Source of the DNA: an uncultured Chthonomonadaceae bacterium
GTDB taxonomy: Bacteria > Armatimonadota > Chthonomonadetes > Chthonomonadales > Chthonomonadaceae
Assembly (NCBI GenBank): GCA_963817895.1
Contig: CAWFQB010000010.1
Span: 96,001-160,000 of the forward strand
DNA: 64,000 bases
Reading direction: 5' to 3'
Below the pieces are notes generated by a model. It was not told the origin of the DNA. It saw nothing but the letters and a program-made list of their open reading frames with translations, and searched no databases. Shown in pieces: positions 10,601 to 20,120 of this stretch (positions within the stretch are counted from its first letter, which is position 1; each line of letters opens with the position of its first letter). The translations under genes were made by a program, and so were the position numbers.

Positions 10601-12197
10601 CGCCCTGTGCCGGGGCGACGAAATCAGGGGACAGGTGGAAACGTTCCGGCAATGGCTGGACATGGTGGCGCGTATTCTGGGCGAAGACCCGACGAGCGGG
10701 CAGGGCAATGAGAACGACATTCAATTAAGTGTGTCATTTGTGGACATGGAACAAACGGGCGAGGTTCCCGCCATCCGCCGACTACAGGGAACTTTGGTTC
10801 CTGTTATCGCGAATCGCGAACTGCTCAAAGAGGTTGTGCTGGACAGCCGTTCCACGCGGTTTGTCGCCTTTGATATTTCCGGCACGGGCATGACGTATGA
10901 AACCGGCGACCACGTTGCCATTTATCCGCACAACCCGCGTCCGCTTGTGGAACGATTGTGCGCCCGCCTGCAAATTGATCCCGACGCCTGGTTTGTCACC
11001 TCGCTGACGGACAGCAGGGGCGCGTCTGTGGAAGGCGACACGCCCTATTCCCAGCCCACGCGCGTCCGGCAGGCATTGACGGAAGATTTCGACCTGTCCC
11101 TGCGCGAACCCTTTGAGGAAATGTTCGCCCTTCTGCTGCAAACCACGCAAAACGACCGGGACAATGCCGCCCTGAAAGCCTGGAGCGATACCCTGCGTTT
11201 GGGCGAACAGAACGAAGCCTGCCGCGACCTGAAAAAGCATATCAGCGCGAATTTTATCACGCTGGCCGATTTGCTGGAAGCGTTTCCCTCCGCCGCGCCC
11301 CGTCTGGAACAACTGCTCGAACTGCTGCCCAAACAGAAGCCGCGCCTGTATTCCATTTCGTCGTGTTCGCTGCTGCATCCGCGGCAGATTCATGTCACCG
11401 TTGGCGTGGTGCAGGTAACGACGGAGGCGGGCCGAACGCGACAGGGGTTGTGTTCCAATTACCTTGCCGGACTGGACCCGGAGCAGGGCGCGACCGCCCG
11501 CATCGCCGTTCTCGCGTCCAATTTCCGCCCGCCGCAGGATGTGAGCGCGCCCATTCTGCTGGTCGGGCCGGGAACGGGGCTGTCACCCCTGATCGGCTTT
11601 TTGCAGCACCGCGAACTGCAGATTCAGCAGACACACAGGGCGCGGGCAGGCAATGGGCGCGACAGCGCGATCCCTGGAAACGGGTCGAGCGGAAACGCGG
11701 GAACCGATGAGGCGCGCGAGGAACCGGGCATTATCATCGGCCATTCCCGCCTGTATTTCGGCTGCCGCAACCACAGCGACTATTTGTATCAGCAGGAGTT
11801 GGAAGCCTGGCGGGATGGGGGCGTCCTGACCCATCTTGGCGTCGCCTTTTCGCGGTTGGGCGAACAGAAGATGTACGTGCAGCATCTCATCGGGCAGCAC
11901 GCCAAAGATGTCTGGCAAGTCCTGTCGCAGCCCAACTGCCACTACTATGTTTGCGGCGATGCCAAAATGGCGGATGATGTATTCGAGGCGCTGATGACTA
12001 TTGCCGGAACACAGGGCGGATTGTCCCATGCTGAAGCGGTTGAGTTCTTTCAGCAGATGCAGGCGGAAAACCGCTATGTGATGGACGTATGGGGGGTGCT
12101 GCTGAACTTCCCCAAAGCCCTCGCCGATGTGCAGGAGTCCCGGTATACGCAGGGCGAACGCTGGCTCAAGCGCGTGTCCGCAAACGCAGTCGCTTGA
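7667..12197 (+). CDS. nos: multidomain nitric oxide synthase: N-terminal beta domain + pseudoglobin + globin + NOS oxygenase + flavodoxin + FAD/NADPH reductase (in-frame TAG at 9080-9082, frameshift near 9148)
   Basis: Heme-thiolate AWRNAAKCIARIAW; RIWNSQ; PFNGWFMGTEIARN; LVDHQTAS..F; WSWVVPP; FMN motifs LYGSETGTAE, STFADGE and LGSTVYPRFC; PRLYSISS; GPGTGLSP; YFGCR; YVCGD; DVWG; globin motif FYRTLF..HP....F...LARVHAHVGVPPEAY; AGGAG before the TTG start. Confidence 0.93.
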
Positions 12198-12249
12198 GCC
12201 GACTTGCGCATTTTGGCGACCTACGTTAGAATGGCTACAGGAGCAAGTT

Positions 12250-13065
12250 ATGCCTAATCCTTTTCCCGGAATGAACCCTTACCTGGAAACGCCCATGCGC
12301 TGGTCGAATATGCACGGGCGCTTGATTGCCGTTTTGATGGATGAACTGGATACGAAACTGCCGCCCGGATACAGCGTGAATATTGAAGAGCACTGTAGAG
12401 TAGCGCAAACGGAACGCGGCATCTACCCGGATTTGTACGTGAAACGCGATTTGCCCGAAATGCCTGCAACCGGCGGGGTGGCGGTCGCGTTGCCGCCGTA
12501 CCTTGCGACAAGCGAGGTTGCGGATAAGTCCTATATTGTCGCGCTCACGCCCGAAGCATCGCGCGAAACCTATATCAACATTGTGGACGTTGAAAACGGC
12601 AGTCGGGTCGTCGCCAGCATTGAGATACTGAGTACAATCAACAAGACTCCCGGCGCAGGACAAAATTTATACCTGACCAAGCAGCAGGAGGTGTTGAACA
12701 GTTCCACGCATCTCATTGAAATTGATCTATTACGGGCGGGAGCGGTAACGGTCGCTTGCGGACGTCCGGTTGTGCCGGAATCAGGCTATTACGATTACAT
12801 CGTTTGCCTGCATCGCGGCGGGGAAGGCGAACAATTTGAAATCTGGCCCTGTTCTGTTCGGCAGCGCCTGCCCCGCATTGCCGTGCCGCTGGCGGGTAAC
12901 GATCAGAATGTAACGCTGGATATACAGGCCGCCATAGACCGCTGCTACGAGCGCGGACGCTTCGCGCAGAAAATTGATTATACGCAGCCACCTAACCCAC
13001 CGCTTACAGAAGAAGATGCGCAATGGGCAGACGCCCTATTACGCGAGAAGGGATTACGCTCGTGA
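12250..13065 (+). CDS. DUF4058 family protein, copy 2
   Basis: MPNPFPGMNPYLE..W..H, IEILSTINK, HLIEIDLLR; ends REKGLRS like copy 1; AGGAG upstream. Confidence 0.88.
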   Translation: MPNPFPGMNPYLETPMRWSNMHGRLIAVLMDELDTKLPPGYSVNIEEHCRVAQTERGIYPDLYVKRDLPEMPATGGVAVALPPYLATSEVADKSYIVALTPEASRETYINIVDVENGSRVVASIEILSTINKTPGAGQNLYLTKQQEVLNSSTHLIEIDLLRAGAVTVACGRPVVPESGYYDYIVCLHRGGEGEQFEIWPCSVRQRLPRIAVPLAGNDQNVTLDIQAAIDRCYERGRFAQKIDYTQPPNPPLTEEDAQWADALLREKGLRS

Positions 13066-13080
13066 TGGCGTAAGAACTCT

Positions 13081-13659
13081 ATGGAGGGTTGTATGCAACG
13101 TCTCGGTTTCAAGGAGAGTTGGGAGTTTTTGCGCGAAACCACAAACTTCGTTGACGATGATGCGGTCTTTCCCGATAAACTTACACCTGTCGGCTTTGAT
13201 GAACCGGAGGGATGGCTGAATATTTACAAGTATCCCGACATATCTGATAGTGAAGAAGAAGATCAGCCGGAGCAGCAAGAGGTCTGGAAATTAGAAAACC
13301 TTACCATGCCCTGCATATTTCTGTGCCGTTGCGGTGTCTATCGAATCTCTTTCAAAAACACGTTTCTGGCAGATTCAAGTTGCTGCTGGAATGGCTTCAT
13401 AGACGTAGATTTCACCGACGCTGATTTATCCCGCTGTGACTTGCGCAGTTCCGAATTCGAGAATGTTGTTTTTGTTCGCGCCGATCTGACGGATGCCGAT
13501 CTGCGCTATTCGTCATTTAACCACTGCGATTTTTCAGGAGCGCAGATGCGCGGCGTAAAGCTAACGCGCTTACAGGCTAAAGAGTTAATTTTATCTGAGG
13601 AACAATGCGCTGCTATAGCATGGCAGCACAACGGCGGCCGACCTCCCAAAGGCGGGTAA
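13081..13659 (+). CDS. pentapeptide repeat protein
   Basis: VDFTD ADLSR CDLRS SEFEN VVFVR ADLTD ADLRY SSFNH CDFSG AQMRG. Confidence 0.85.
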   Translation: MEGCMQRLGFKESWEFLRETTNFVDDDAVFPDKLTPVGFDEPEGWLNIYKYPDISDSEEEDQPEQQEVWKLENLTMPCIFLCRCGVYRISFKNTFLADSSCCWNGFIDVDFTDADLSRCDLRSSEFENVVFVRADLTDADLRYSSFNHCDFSGAQMRGVKLTRLQAKELILSEEQCAAIAWQHNGGRPPKGG

Positions 13660-13756
13660 AACATGTCCGACAAAGAACAGTTTTCTTTGTCGGCATTTTT
13701 GTGCCTGCCGAACGTAGTACAACAAGAACATTCTTACAGCGGGAGCGGCAACGGAT

Positions 13757-14821
13757 ATGGGCAGGAATATAGCGATCATTGGAGCGGGCATGGCGGGGTT
13801 GGCGGCGGCGCGAGAACTGACGACGGCAGGGCATAGCATCACCCTTTACGAGAAAAGCCGGGGAGTGGGCGGGCGCGTAGCGACGCGGCGCATTGAGGGC
13901 TGCATCATGGATCACGGGGCGCAGAACATTAAGCCGGAGGGTTCCGCGCTGAAACAGGTGATGCTACATGAACTGCCGACCGAAGAACTGATTAAAATTG
14001 AACCGCCCGTTTGCCTGTACGACAGCAAGGGGACGATCTGGCCGCCCGATGAAGCAAGGAGCGCCGAGGCGAAATATTCCTACCGTAACGGCATGACCAC
14101 GCTTCCCAAACTGCTTCTCAACGCCCTGCCGCCCGAACTCGCGTCTATCCGCTACGAAACGCGCATTTTCCGATTGGAAGAAACCGACAGCGAAGTGATT
14201 CTGAAAGATGAGAACGGACAGGAAGCGGGCAGGGCGGAAATTGTGATTGTCACCGCGCCCGCCCCGCAAGCCGCCGACCTGTTGGGCGACAGCGCCCCCC
14301 GGATGCGCAGTACGTGGGAAACGCTGGATCGGGTGAAAGCGTTGCGGCAGGTGGACTATCATCGCAACATCACGGTTCTGCTCGGCTACGCCCCGCCCGT
14401 TCCCCCGCCGCCCGCGTATGCCCTGCTTGCCGAGGATCGAACCACAGACCTGCTCTGGCTAGCTTTTGAACAAACAAAGTGTTCCGAACGCGCTCCCAAT
14501 GGCGAGGCTGTGTTAATCGCGCAGATGAGTCCCAAATTCAGCAGTTTCTTTTATGATGGCGAAGATAATTTTCTTACGTGGCGCGTTCTGGACGAACTGC
14601 AAACCCTGTTCGGCAGCGCGTATGCTACGCCGTTCTGGTCACAGGTGAAACGCTGGAAGTTCGCGCAACCGCACGGCATGGTGCGCTTCGAGGAGGTAAA
14701 CTTTTCGGGCATGGCCTCGTCCGTCCTCATCTGCGGCGACGGACTGCGGCCAGAAGGCGGGCGCGTCCACCAGGCCTACGCAAGCGGACTGGAAGCGGCA
14801 CAGTTGGCAGCACAACTGTAA
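13757..14821 (+). CDS. renalase-like NAD/FAD-dependent oxidoreductase
   Basis: IAIIGAGMAGL; EKSRGVGGRVATRR; DHGAQ; RWKFAQP; CGD...AYASG. Confidence 0.88.
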   Translation: MGRNIAIIGAGMAGLAAARELTTAGHSITLYEKSRGVGGRVATRRIEGCIMDHGAQNIKPEGSALKQVMLHELPTEELIKIEPPVCLYDSKGTIWPPDEARSAEAKYSYRNGMTTLPKLLLNALPPELASIRYETRIFRLEETDSEVILKDENGQEAGRAEIVIVTAPAPQAADLLGDSAPRMRSTWETLDRVKALRQVDYHRNITVLLGYAPPVPPPPAYALLAEDRTTDLLWLAFEQTKCSERAPNGEAVLIAQMSPKFSSFFYDGEDNFLTWRVLDELQTLFGSAYATPFWSQVKRWKFAQPHGMVRFEEVNFSGMASSVLICGDGLRPEGGRVHQAYASGLEAAQLAAQL

Positions 14822-14827
14822 CACCAA

Positions 14828-14999
14828 GGAGAGGAGATTACACCACCAAGTCACCAAGTACACCAAGAAAACAAATGCAAAGAAGTGTAAGAAGCAGGGA
14901 ACAAAGCAAAAACGGCGCATAAATATGCTTGCAATGCTCTCCTTTTGTCCTTGTAATCTCTTGGTGTACTTGGTGACTTGGTGGTGTAATCTCCTCTCC
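14828..14999. repeat. 41-bp perfect inverted repeat with a 90-bp spacer (MITE-like)
   Basis: GGAGAGGAGATTACACCACCAAGTCACCAAGTACACCAAGA at 14828-14868 and its exact reverse complement at 14959-14999. Confidence 0.9.
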
Positions 15000-15019
15000 G
15001 AGTTCTTCGTGGTTTTATT

Positions 15020-15961
15020 CTATGGCTGATCGGCGTAGATGGAGTAGGTGGGCGTGGACAGGTAGCGTTCGCCGGTCGAGGGGATGATGACCACGATCAG
15101 TTTGCCCTCATTCTCGTCGCGGTTGGCGACTTGCAGCGCGGCCCACACCGCCGCGCCGGACGAGATACCCGCGAAAATGCCCTCTTCTTTCGCTAATCGC
15201 CGCGCGTAGTCCATGGAGTCGCTGTTGGCAACCTGAATGATCTCGTCGTAGATGTGCGTGTTCAGGTTGTTGGGAATGAAGCCCGCGCCGATGCCCTGAA
15301 TGGGATGCTGTCCGCGCGGCTTGCCGCTCAACACGGCGGACGCGGCGGGTTCTACCGCGACTACCTTAAAACTCGGTTTACGCGCCTTGATGACTTCGCC
15401 CACGCCCGTAATCGTGCCGCCCGTTCCCACGCCCGCCACCAGAATATCTACCTGCCCATCCGTGTCGCGCCAGATTTCTTCGGCTGTGGTTTTGCGGTGG
15501 ATTTCGGGATTGGCGGGATTGTTGAACTGCTGCGGAATGTAGTATTTGCCGGGCGTTTCTTCGGCCATTTCTTCGGCCCTGCGAATCGCGCCCTGCATCC
15601 CCTCGGGGCCGGGTGTCAGAATCAGATTCGCGCCAAGCGCGCGCAGCATCGCGCGGCGCTCGTGCGACATGGTTTCCGGCATCAGGAGGGTACACTTATA
15701 GCCTTTGGCGGCGCAGGCGAACGCCAGCCCGATACCCGTATTGCCGCTTGTCGGCTCCAGTACGGTAATATCCGGCGTTAAAAGCCCGTCCCGCTCCGCC
15801 GCCTCAATCATGGCGACGCCGATACGGTCTTTCACGCTCGATAGCGGATTGAAATATTCCAGTTTACACGCAATCCGCGCCTTCGCCCCGGCAGACACCC
15901 GGTTCAAGTACACAAGCGGCGTATTTCCAATCAATTCAGTTACGTTGTTTGCGATACGCAT
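15020..15961 (-). CDS. cysK: cysteine synthase A
   Basis: [23 protein letters not shown] (PLP lysine); [33 protein letters not shown]. Confidence 0.97.
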   Translation of the reverse strand: MRIANNVTELIGNTPLVYLNRVSAGAKARIACKLEYFNPLSSVKDRIGVAMIEAAERDGLLTPDITVLEPTSGNTGIGLAFACAAKGYKCTLLMPETMSHERRAMLRALGANLILTPGPEGMQGAIRRAEEMAEETPGKYYIPQQFNNPANPEIHRKTTAEEIWRDTDGQVDILVAGVGTGGTITGVGEVIKARKPSFKVVAVEPAASAVLSGKPRGQHPIQGIGAGFIPNNLNTHIYDEIIQVANSDSMDYARRLAKEEGIFAGISSGAAVWAALQVANRDENEGKLIVVIIPSTGERYLSTPTYSIYADQP

Positions 15962-15973
15962 GGAAGGCTCCGA

Positions 15974-16079
15974 GAGGTAGATAGGTAGGTCGGTAGATGA
16001 GTAGTCGTCTGTTTGTGTACGTTGGGTCAGCCTGAATGAAGAGGCATTTCTACTATCTACTTACCTACCTATCTACCTC
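15974..16079. repeat. inverted short-repeat array (GGTAGATA-like / TATCTACC-like)
   Basis: GAGGTAGATAGGTAGGT ... TTACCTACCTATCTACCTC between the Rrf2 gene and cysK. Confidence 0.75.
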
Positions 16080-16080
16080 C

Positions 16081-16536
16081 TTAAATTCCTGACATCATAC
16101 TCAGTGAATCATCAATACCGGTTTTGCGGTGGACAAGGTCGGAAAGGGTAGTGGAGTCCAGATGGCGGGAAAGCAGGGTTTCTACCTGCTCCTCGAATTC
16201 GCGCACGACCCAGGTTACGCCGGGGGCGTTGACATCGGGGTTTTCGTCCTCGTTGTGGCAGGAGAACAGGCGGTCTCCGCGCATCAGGGCGCGAACAATG
16301 TCGCCCACGCTGATACGGTCGGGCGCGCGAGCCAGATTGTAGCCACCGCCCGCGCCCCGAACGCTGCGCACGATGCCCGCGCTTTTCAGCGCGGCGAGTA
16401 TCTGATCCAGATAGGGGCCGGGAATCTCCTGCCGGGCCGCGATTTCGCGGCTCTGGCAGGCGCAGGCAGGCGGCTGCATCGCCAGGTCTACGGCGGCGCA
16501 CAGCGCATAGCGCAATTTTGAGTTGAAAAATCCCAT
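16081..16536 (-). CDS. Rrf2 family transcriptional regulator (CymR-like by context)
   Basis: RYAL.A..DLA; IAARQEIP..YL.QIL..LK.AGIV.SVRGAGGGY.LAR.P..ISVGDIV; directly upstream of cysK; lacks the IscR three-Cys motif. Confidence 0.9.
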   Translation of the reverse strand: MGFFNSKLRYALCAAVDLAMQPPACACQSREIAARQEIPGPYLDQILAALKSAGIVRSVRGAGGGYNLARAPDRISVGDIVRALMRGDRLFSCHNEDENPDVNAPGVTWVVREFEEQVETLLSRHLDSTTLSDLVHRKTGIDDSLSMMSGI

Positions 16537-16601
16537 GCCGCCTGAACTTCCCGCTTCGGAGATGTCGCCATACCCGTACTCAGATGGGCATAGAAACGGA
16601 T

Positions 16602-16659
16602 AAACTTGACCTTTTAAGTAGGCTTAATTCAGTATACTTGGAAGGGGCGGGAATGTCAA
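16602..16659 (-). promoter_or_regulatory. sigma70 promoter with an overlapping Rrf2-type operator
   Basis: Minus strand TTGACA (16659-16654), 17 nt, TATACT (16636-16631); AAACTTGACCTTTTAAGTAGGCTTA at 16602-16626 resembles the IscR/Rrf2 imperfect palindrome. Confidence 0.75.
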
Positions 16660-16740
16660 ATAACGGCAACATGCCGCGAGGCGCAGCCATCGCGGCGTGT
16701 CGGTTCCCAACATTCGTTTTCAAACACTGAGATACGAAAA

Positions 16741-16923
16741 TTACTCGGCGTATTCGGAAATGTCGTTGCTGCTCATCAGGTTGATGCTCTGCGTGGCGGC
16801 GGCGAGTTTGACGGTCAGGGTGGAACCGTCCTCGAAATCAATGTCGAGTTCCGTTTCGCGCTGCCGAACGCTGTCCACTTTGCGGCCCGCCAGCAGTTTC
16901 GTGAGTTTCTGATTGGTTGCCAT
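16741..16923 (-). CDS. small hypothetical protein (60 aa)
   Basis: GAGG before the ATG at 16923; MATNQKLTKLLAGRKVDSV...IDFEDGSTLTVKL; protein-like composition. Confidence 0.6.
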   Translation of the reverse strand: MATNQKLTKLLAGRKVDSVRQRETELDIDFEDGSTLTVKLAAATQSINLMSSNDISEYAE

Positions 16924-17158
16924 GCTGTCCTCGTTTCTCTGCGTCCTGCGCAGGGTTGGGTTTCCGGTAGATAAAGACGGCGCATTTTCCGAACGCCAAT
17001 CTGTCCGCGTCAGGATTTCGGGCGCGCTGCCCCTTCTATTCTCCGCGTCCTGCGCATATTCCTGCCGCAATTGCCGGTTTGCCGGAACGTTTTACGACTG
17101 CAAACGGGTAATTGACTGCCAGGGAACCTTCCGCTTTATGCCGCGTATGCCCGCCGCC

Positions 17159-17187
17159 TTGACATTGCCCCGTTCGCCGTCTATAAT
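17159..17187 (+). promoter_or_regulatory. consensus sigma70 promoter of secDF
   Basis: TTGACA, 17 nt, TATAAT. Confidence 0.85.
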
Positions 17188-17210
17188 GTAGGGAATACTT
17201 TTGAATTTTT

Positions 17211-17302
17211 GGGAGTAGGGGGTAGGGAGTGGGGTGTAGGGTCATGCCATGAAATACTGGCAGTTCTCCTACTCCCTGCTCTCCACTCCCTACTCTCTCC
17301 CC
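17211..17302. repeat. inverted heptamer array (GGGAGTA)n / (TACTCCC)n, degenerate
   Basis: Read directly, within the inferred secDF 5' UTR. Confidence 0.75.
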
Positions 17303-17321
17303 TGAATACCGGAGGTTCGTT

Positions 17322-19992
17322 TTGACTGGCAAGCAGAATCGCTGGATGCTTCTGTTCATCCTCGCCCTGACCGCGCTCGCGGCGACAATCACATTCCGTA
17401 ATAGCCTGCCTGGATTTGGCGCTATTCCCTTTCGCACCGGTTTGGACATTCAGGGCGGCGCGCGAGTCGTGCTGCGCGCTAAAACCGAGGCCTTCAAGGG
17501 CAAATGGAACCCGGATTCCAATTTGGAAGCCGTGCGTAAGGTGCTGGAAAACCGCGTCAACGCGACGGGTGTCGCGGAACCGCAGATCATTACCAAAAAG
17601 CCCGACCAGATCATCATCGAGCTTCCCGGCCTGAAAAACGAGGGGGATGTTCGCAGCGTCCCTGCAATCTACGGCCAGCCTGCAATTCTATCTGTTGCCG
17701 CAACTTGGCGACAAAGACGGGCGTTTGCCCGCCAAATGGCGCGTTGCCCAGGTCAAAAACCCGAAAACCGGCGTGGAAGAAGAGACGCTTGTTTTCGCGC
17801 AAAACAACCTGCCGGTTCCTATCGAGATTTTGCGGGAAGAGGTTTTTAACCAGAATCCGATAGCCGCCGGGGGCGATCTTGCCGCCAGCAGCGCACAGCC
17901 TAACCCCACAACCGGCGAGGCCATCATTAACTTTGAACTCAAGGGTGAGGGTAAAGACCGGTTTCAGGAGGTGACGCGCAGCAACATCGGCAAGCATCTC
18001 GCCATTTTTCTGGATCAAAAATTGCTGACCGCCCCGGTCATCAACAGCATGATTCCGGGCAAGGGCGAAATTGAAGGCAGTTTCACGCTCGAATCCGCCA
18101 AAGCGCTTTCCGACCAACTGAACGCGGGCGCACTCCCCGTGCCGCTTGAAGAGGTGGAAGTCCGCAAACTGGAAGCCACGCTTGGGCAGGAAGCGGTTCA
18201 CACCACGTTTACCGCCGGTATTGTCGGGCTGGCCCTCGTTCTTGTCTTTATGCTGTTCTGGTATCGTCTGCCCGGTCTGCTCGCCAACTTCGCGCTCATT
18301 CTGTACGCGCTGTTTTCGCTTGCGCTGTTCAAAGTGTGGCCGATTACGCTCACGCTGCCGGGTATCGCCGGATTTATTCTGTCCATTGGAATGGCGGTTG
18401 ACGCCAATATCTTGATTTTCGAGCGGTTCAAGGAAGAGTTGCGCAGCGGCAAAAACCTGCGTTCCGCCATTGACGCCGGGTTCAAGCGCGCGTTCACGGC
18501 CATTTTCGACAGCAACGTGTGTACCATCGTGACGTGCGGAATTCTGTATGAATTTGGAACCGGGCCGATACGCGGCTTTGCCCTGACGTTGGGGTTGGGC
18601 GTCGTGGTCAGCATGTTTACCGCCATCGCGGTCACGCGCACGTTCCTGTTCGCGCTCGTGAATACAAATCTTGGCGCGAACCCCGGCGTGTTCGGTGTGG
18701 CGGACGAGGCGCATATCCGGCAGTGGAACGTGATGAAGCACAAATGGCGCTGGCTCGGCATTTCGCTGGCGATCATCATTCCCGGTCTTATCGCGTGGGG
18801 AATGGGCGGCATCAAGCAGAGCATTGACTTCACGGGCGGCACGGAACAGCAGATCGCGTTCGCGTCCCGGCACTCCCCCGATGAGATCAGCAAAGTCGTT
18901 AGTTCGCTGGGCAGCAAGTTCAAGGACAACCACGTTGTCATTTCGGAAGACCCCAAGCAGTTATTCCCGCATCAGGCGACAGTGACGACCGAACGATTGG
19001 AAGAGCCGGATCGCCTGAACCTGCTCAATACATTAGTACGGCAAGTCGGGCCGCTGGACAAAGTAAACGGCAAACCGCTTGCCGTAACCGACGTGCCGTT
19101 TTCCAATGTCAGCGGAACCATCAGCAAGGAACTGACCGTCAACGCTATCGAGGCCGTGATACTCGCGTCCGTGTTCATCGTCCTGTACCTCGCCCTGCGC
19201 TTCTCCATCGGCGGGTTCAAGGAGGGTTTGAAGTACGGAAGTTGCGCGGTTATCGCGCTGTTGCACGACGTTCTTGTCCTGTGGGGATCGTTCGCCATCA
19301 TGGGCAAGCTGTTTGGCTGGCAGATTGACAGCCTGTTCGTGACGGCGATGCTGACGGTCATTGGATTTTCCGTGCATGACACCATCATCGTATTCGACCG
19401 GGTACGCGAAAACCTGCACCATCGGGGAGTGGGCGAATCGTTCTCCGACCTGACCGACCGCAGCATTGACCAGACCATTGGGCGCAGCATCAAAACGTCG
19501 TGGACGGTTGTAATGACCCTGCTGGCCCTGTTCCTGTTCGGCGGCGTAGTAATTCACCAGTTCGCGGGCGCCCTCCTTATTGGCATCGTCAGCGGAACGT
19601 ATTCGTCCATCTTCAACGCAAGCGTCCTGCTGGTCATGGCGAAAAGCAAAGACATTGCGCCCATCGTGGCCGGCCCGTCTTCGGGAACGCCCAACCGCCG
19701 CGCGCCTGAAACCCTTCAGGAACGGGCGCGACGAGGCGCGCTGGAAGAGCGCAACATCACTCCCGTTGGCGCAATTCCCGCCCCCACGCCCGCCACGCGC
19801 CCGCAAATCGCCGCGCCCACTAATGGTGGCGCAACGGCCTACACCAACAATGAAAGCGTGTCGCAGGCCGAAGACGACGACGTGGAAGAAACAGAAGCAG
19901 GGGAAGTCCGTGGAACCACACGCCGCGCCTCTGAACCTCGTCCGACGCCTGCAACAGTACGCAAGCAGCCGACGCGAAGACGCAGGATGTAG
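17322..19992 (+). CDS. secDF: fused protein translocase subunit SecDF (frameshift near 17660)
   Basis: GLDIQGG; ENRVNATGVAEP; IIIELPG; LNAGALP; TLTLPGIAGFILSIGMAVDANILIFER; IDFTGG; GFSVHDTIIVFDRVRE; GTYSSIF; GGAGG before TTG. Confidence 0.95.
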
Positions 19993-20097
19993 GTTGTTAG
20001 GTCTTTGGGATATTAGGCTAAAGATGTTTCAGAATAGATGTTGAACTTCTAACGGTACAAGAACCTAACAACCTAACAACCTAACAACTAACAACTT
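19990..20097. repeat. inverted tandem array (TAGGTTGT)n / (ACAACCTA)n
   Basis: Same 8-nt unit as at 2026-2096. Confidence 0.75.
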
Positions 20098-20120
20098 CTA
20101 ACAGGGAGACTCTACTTATA

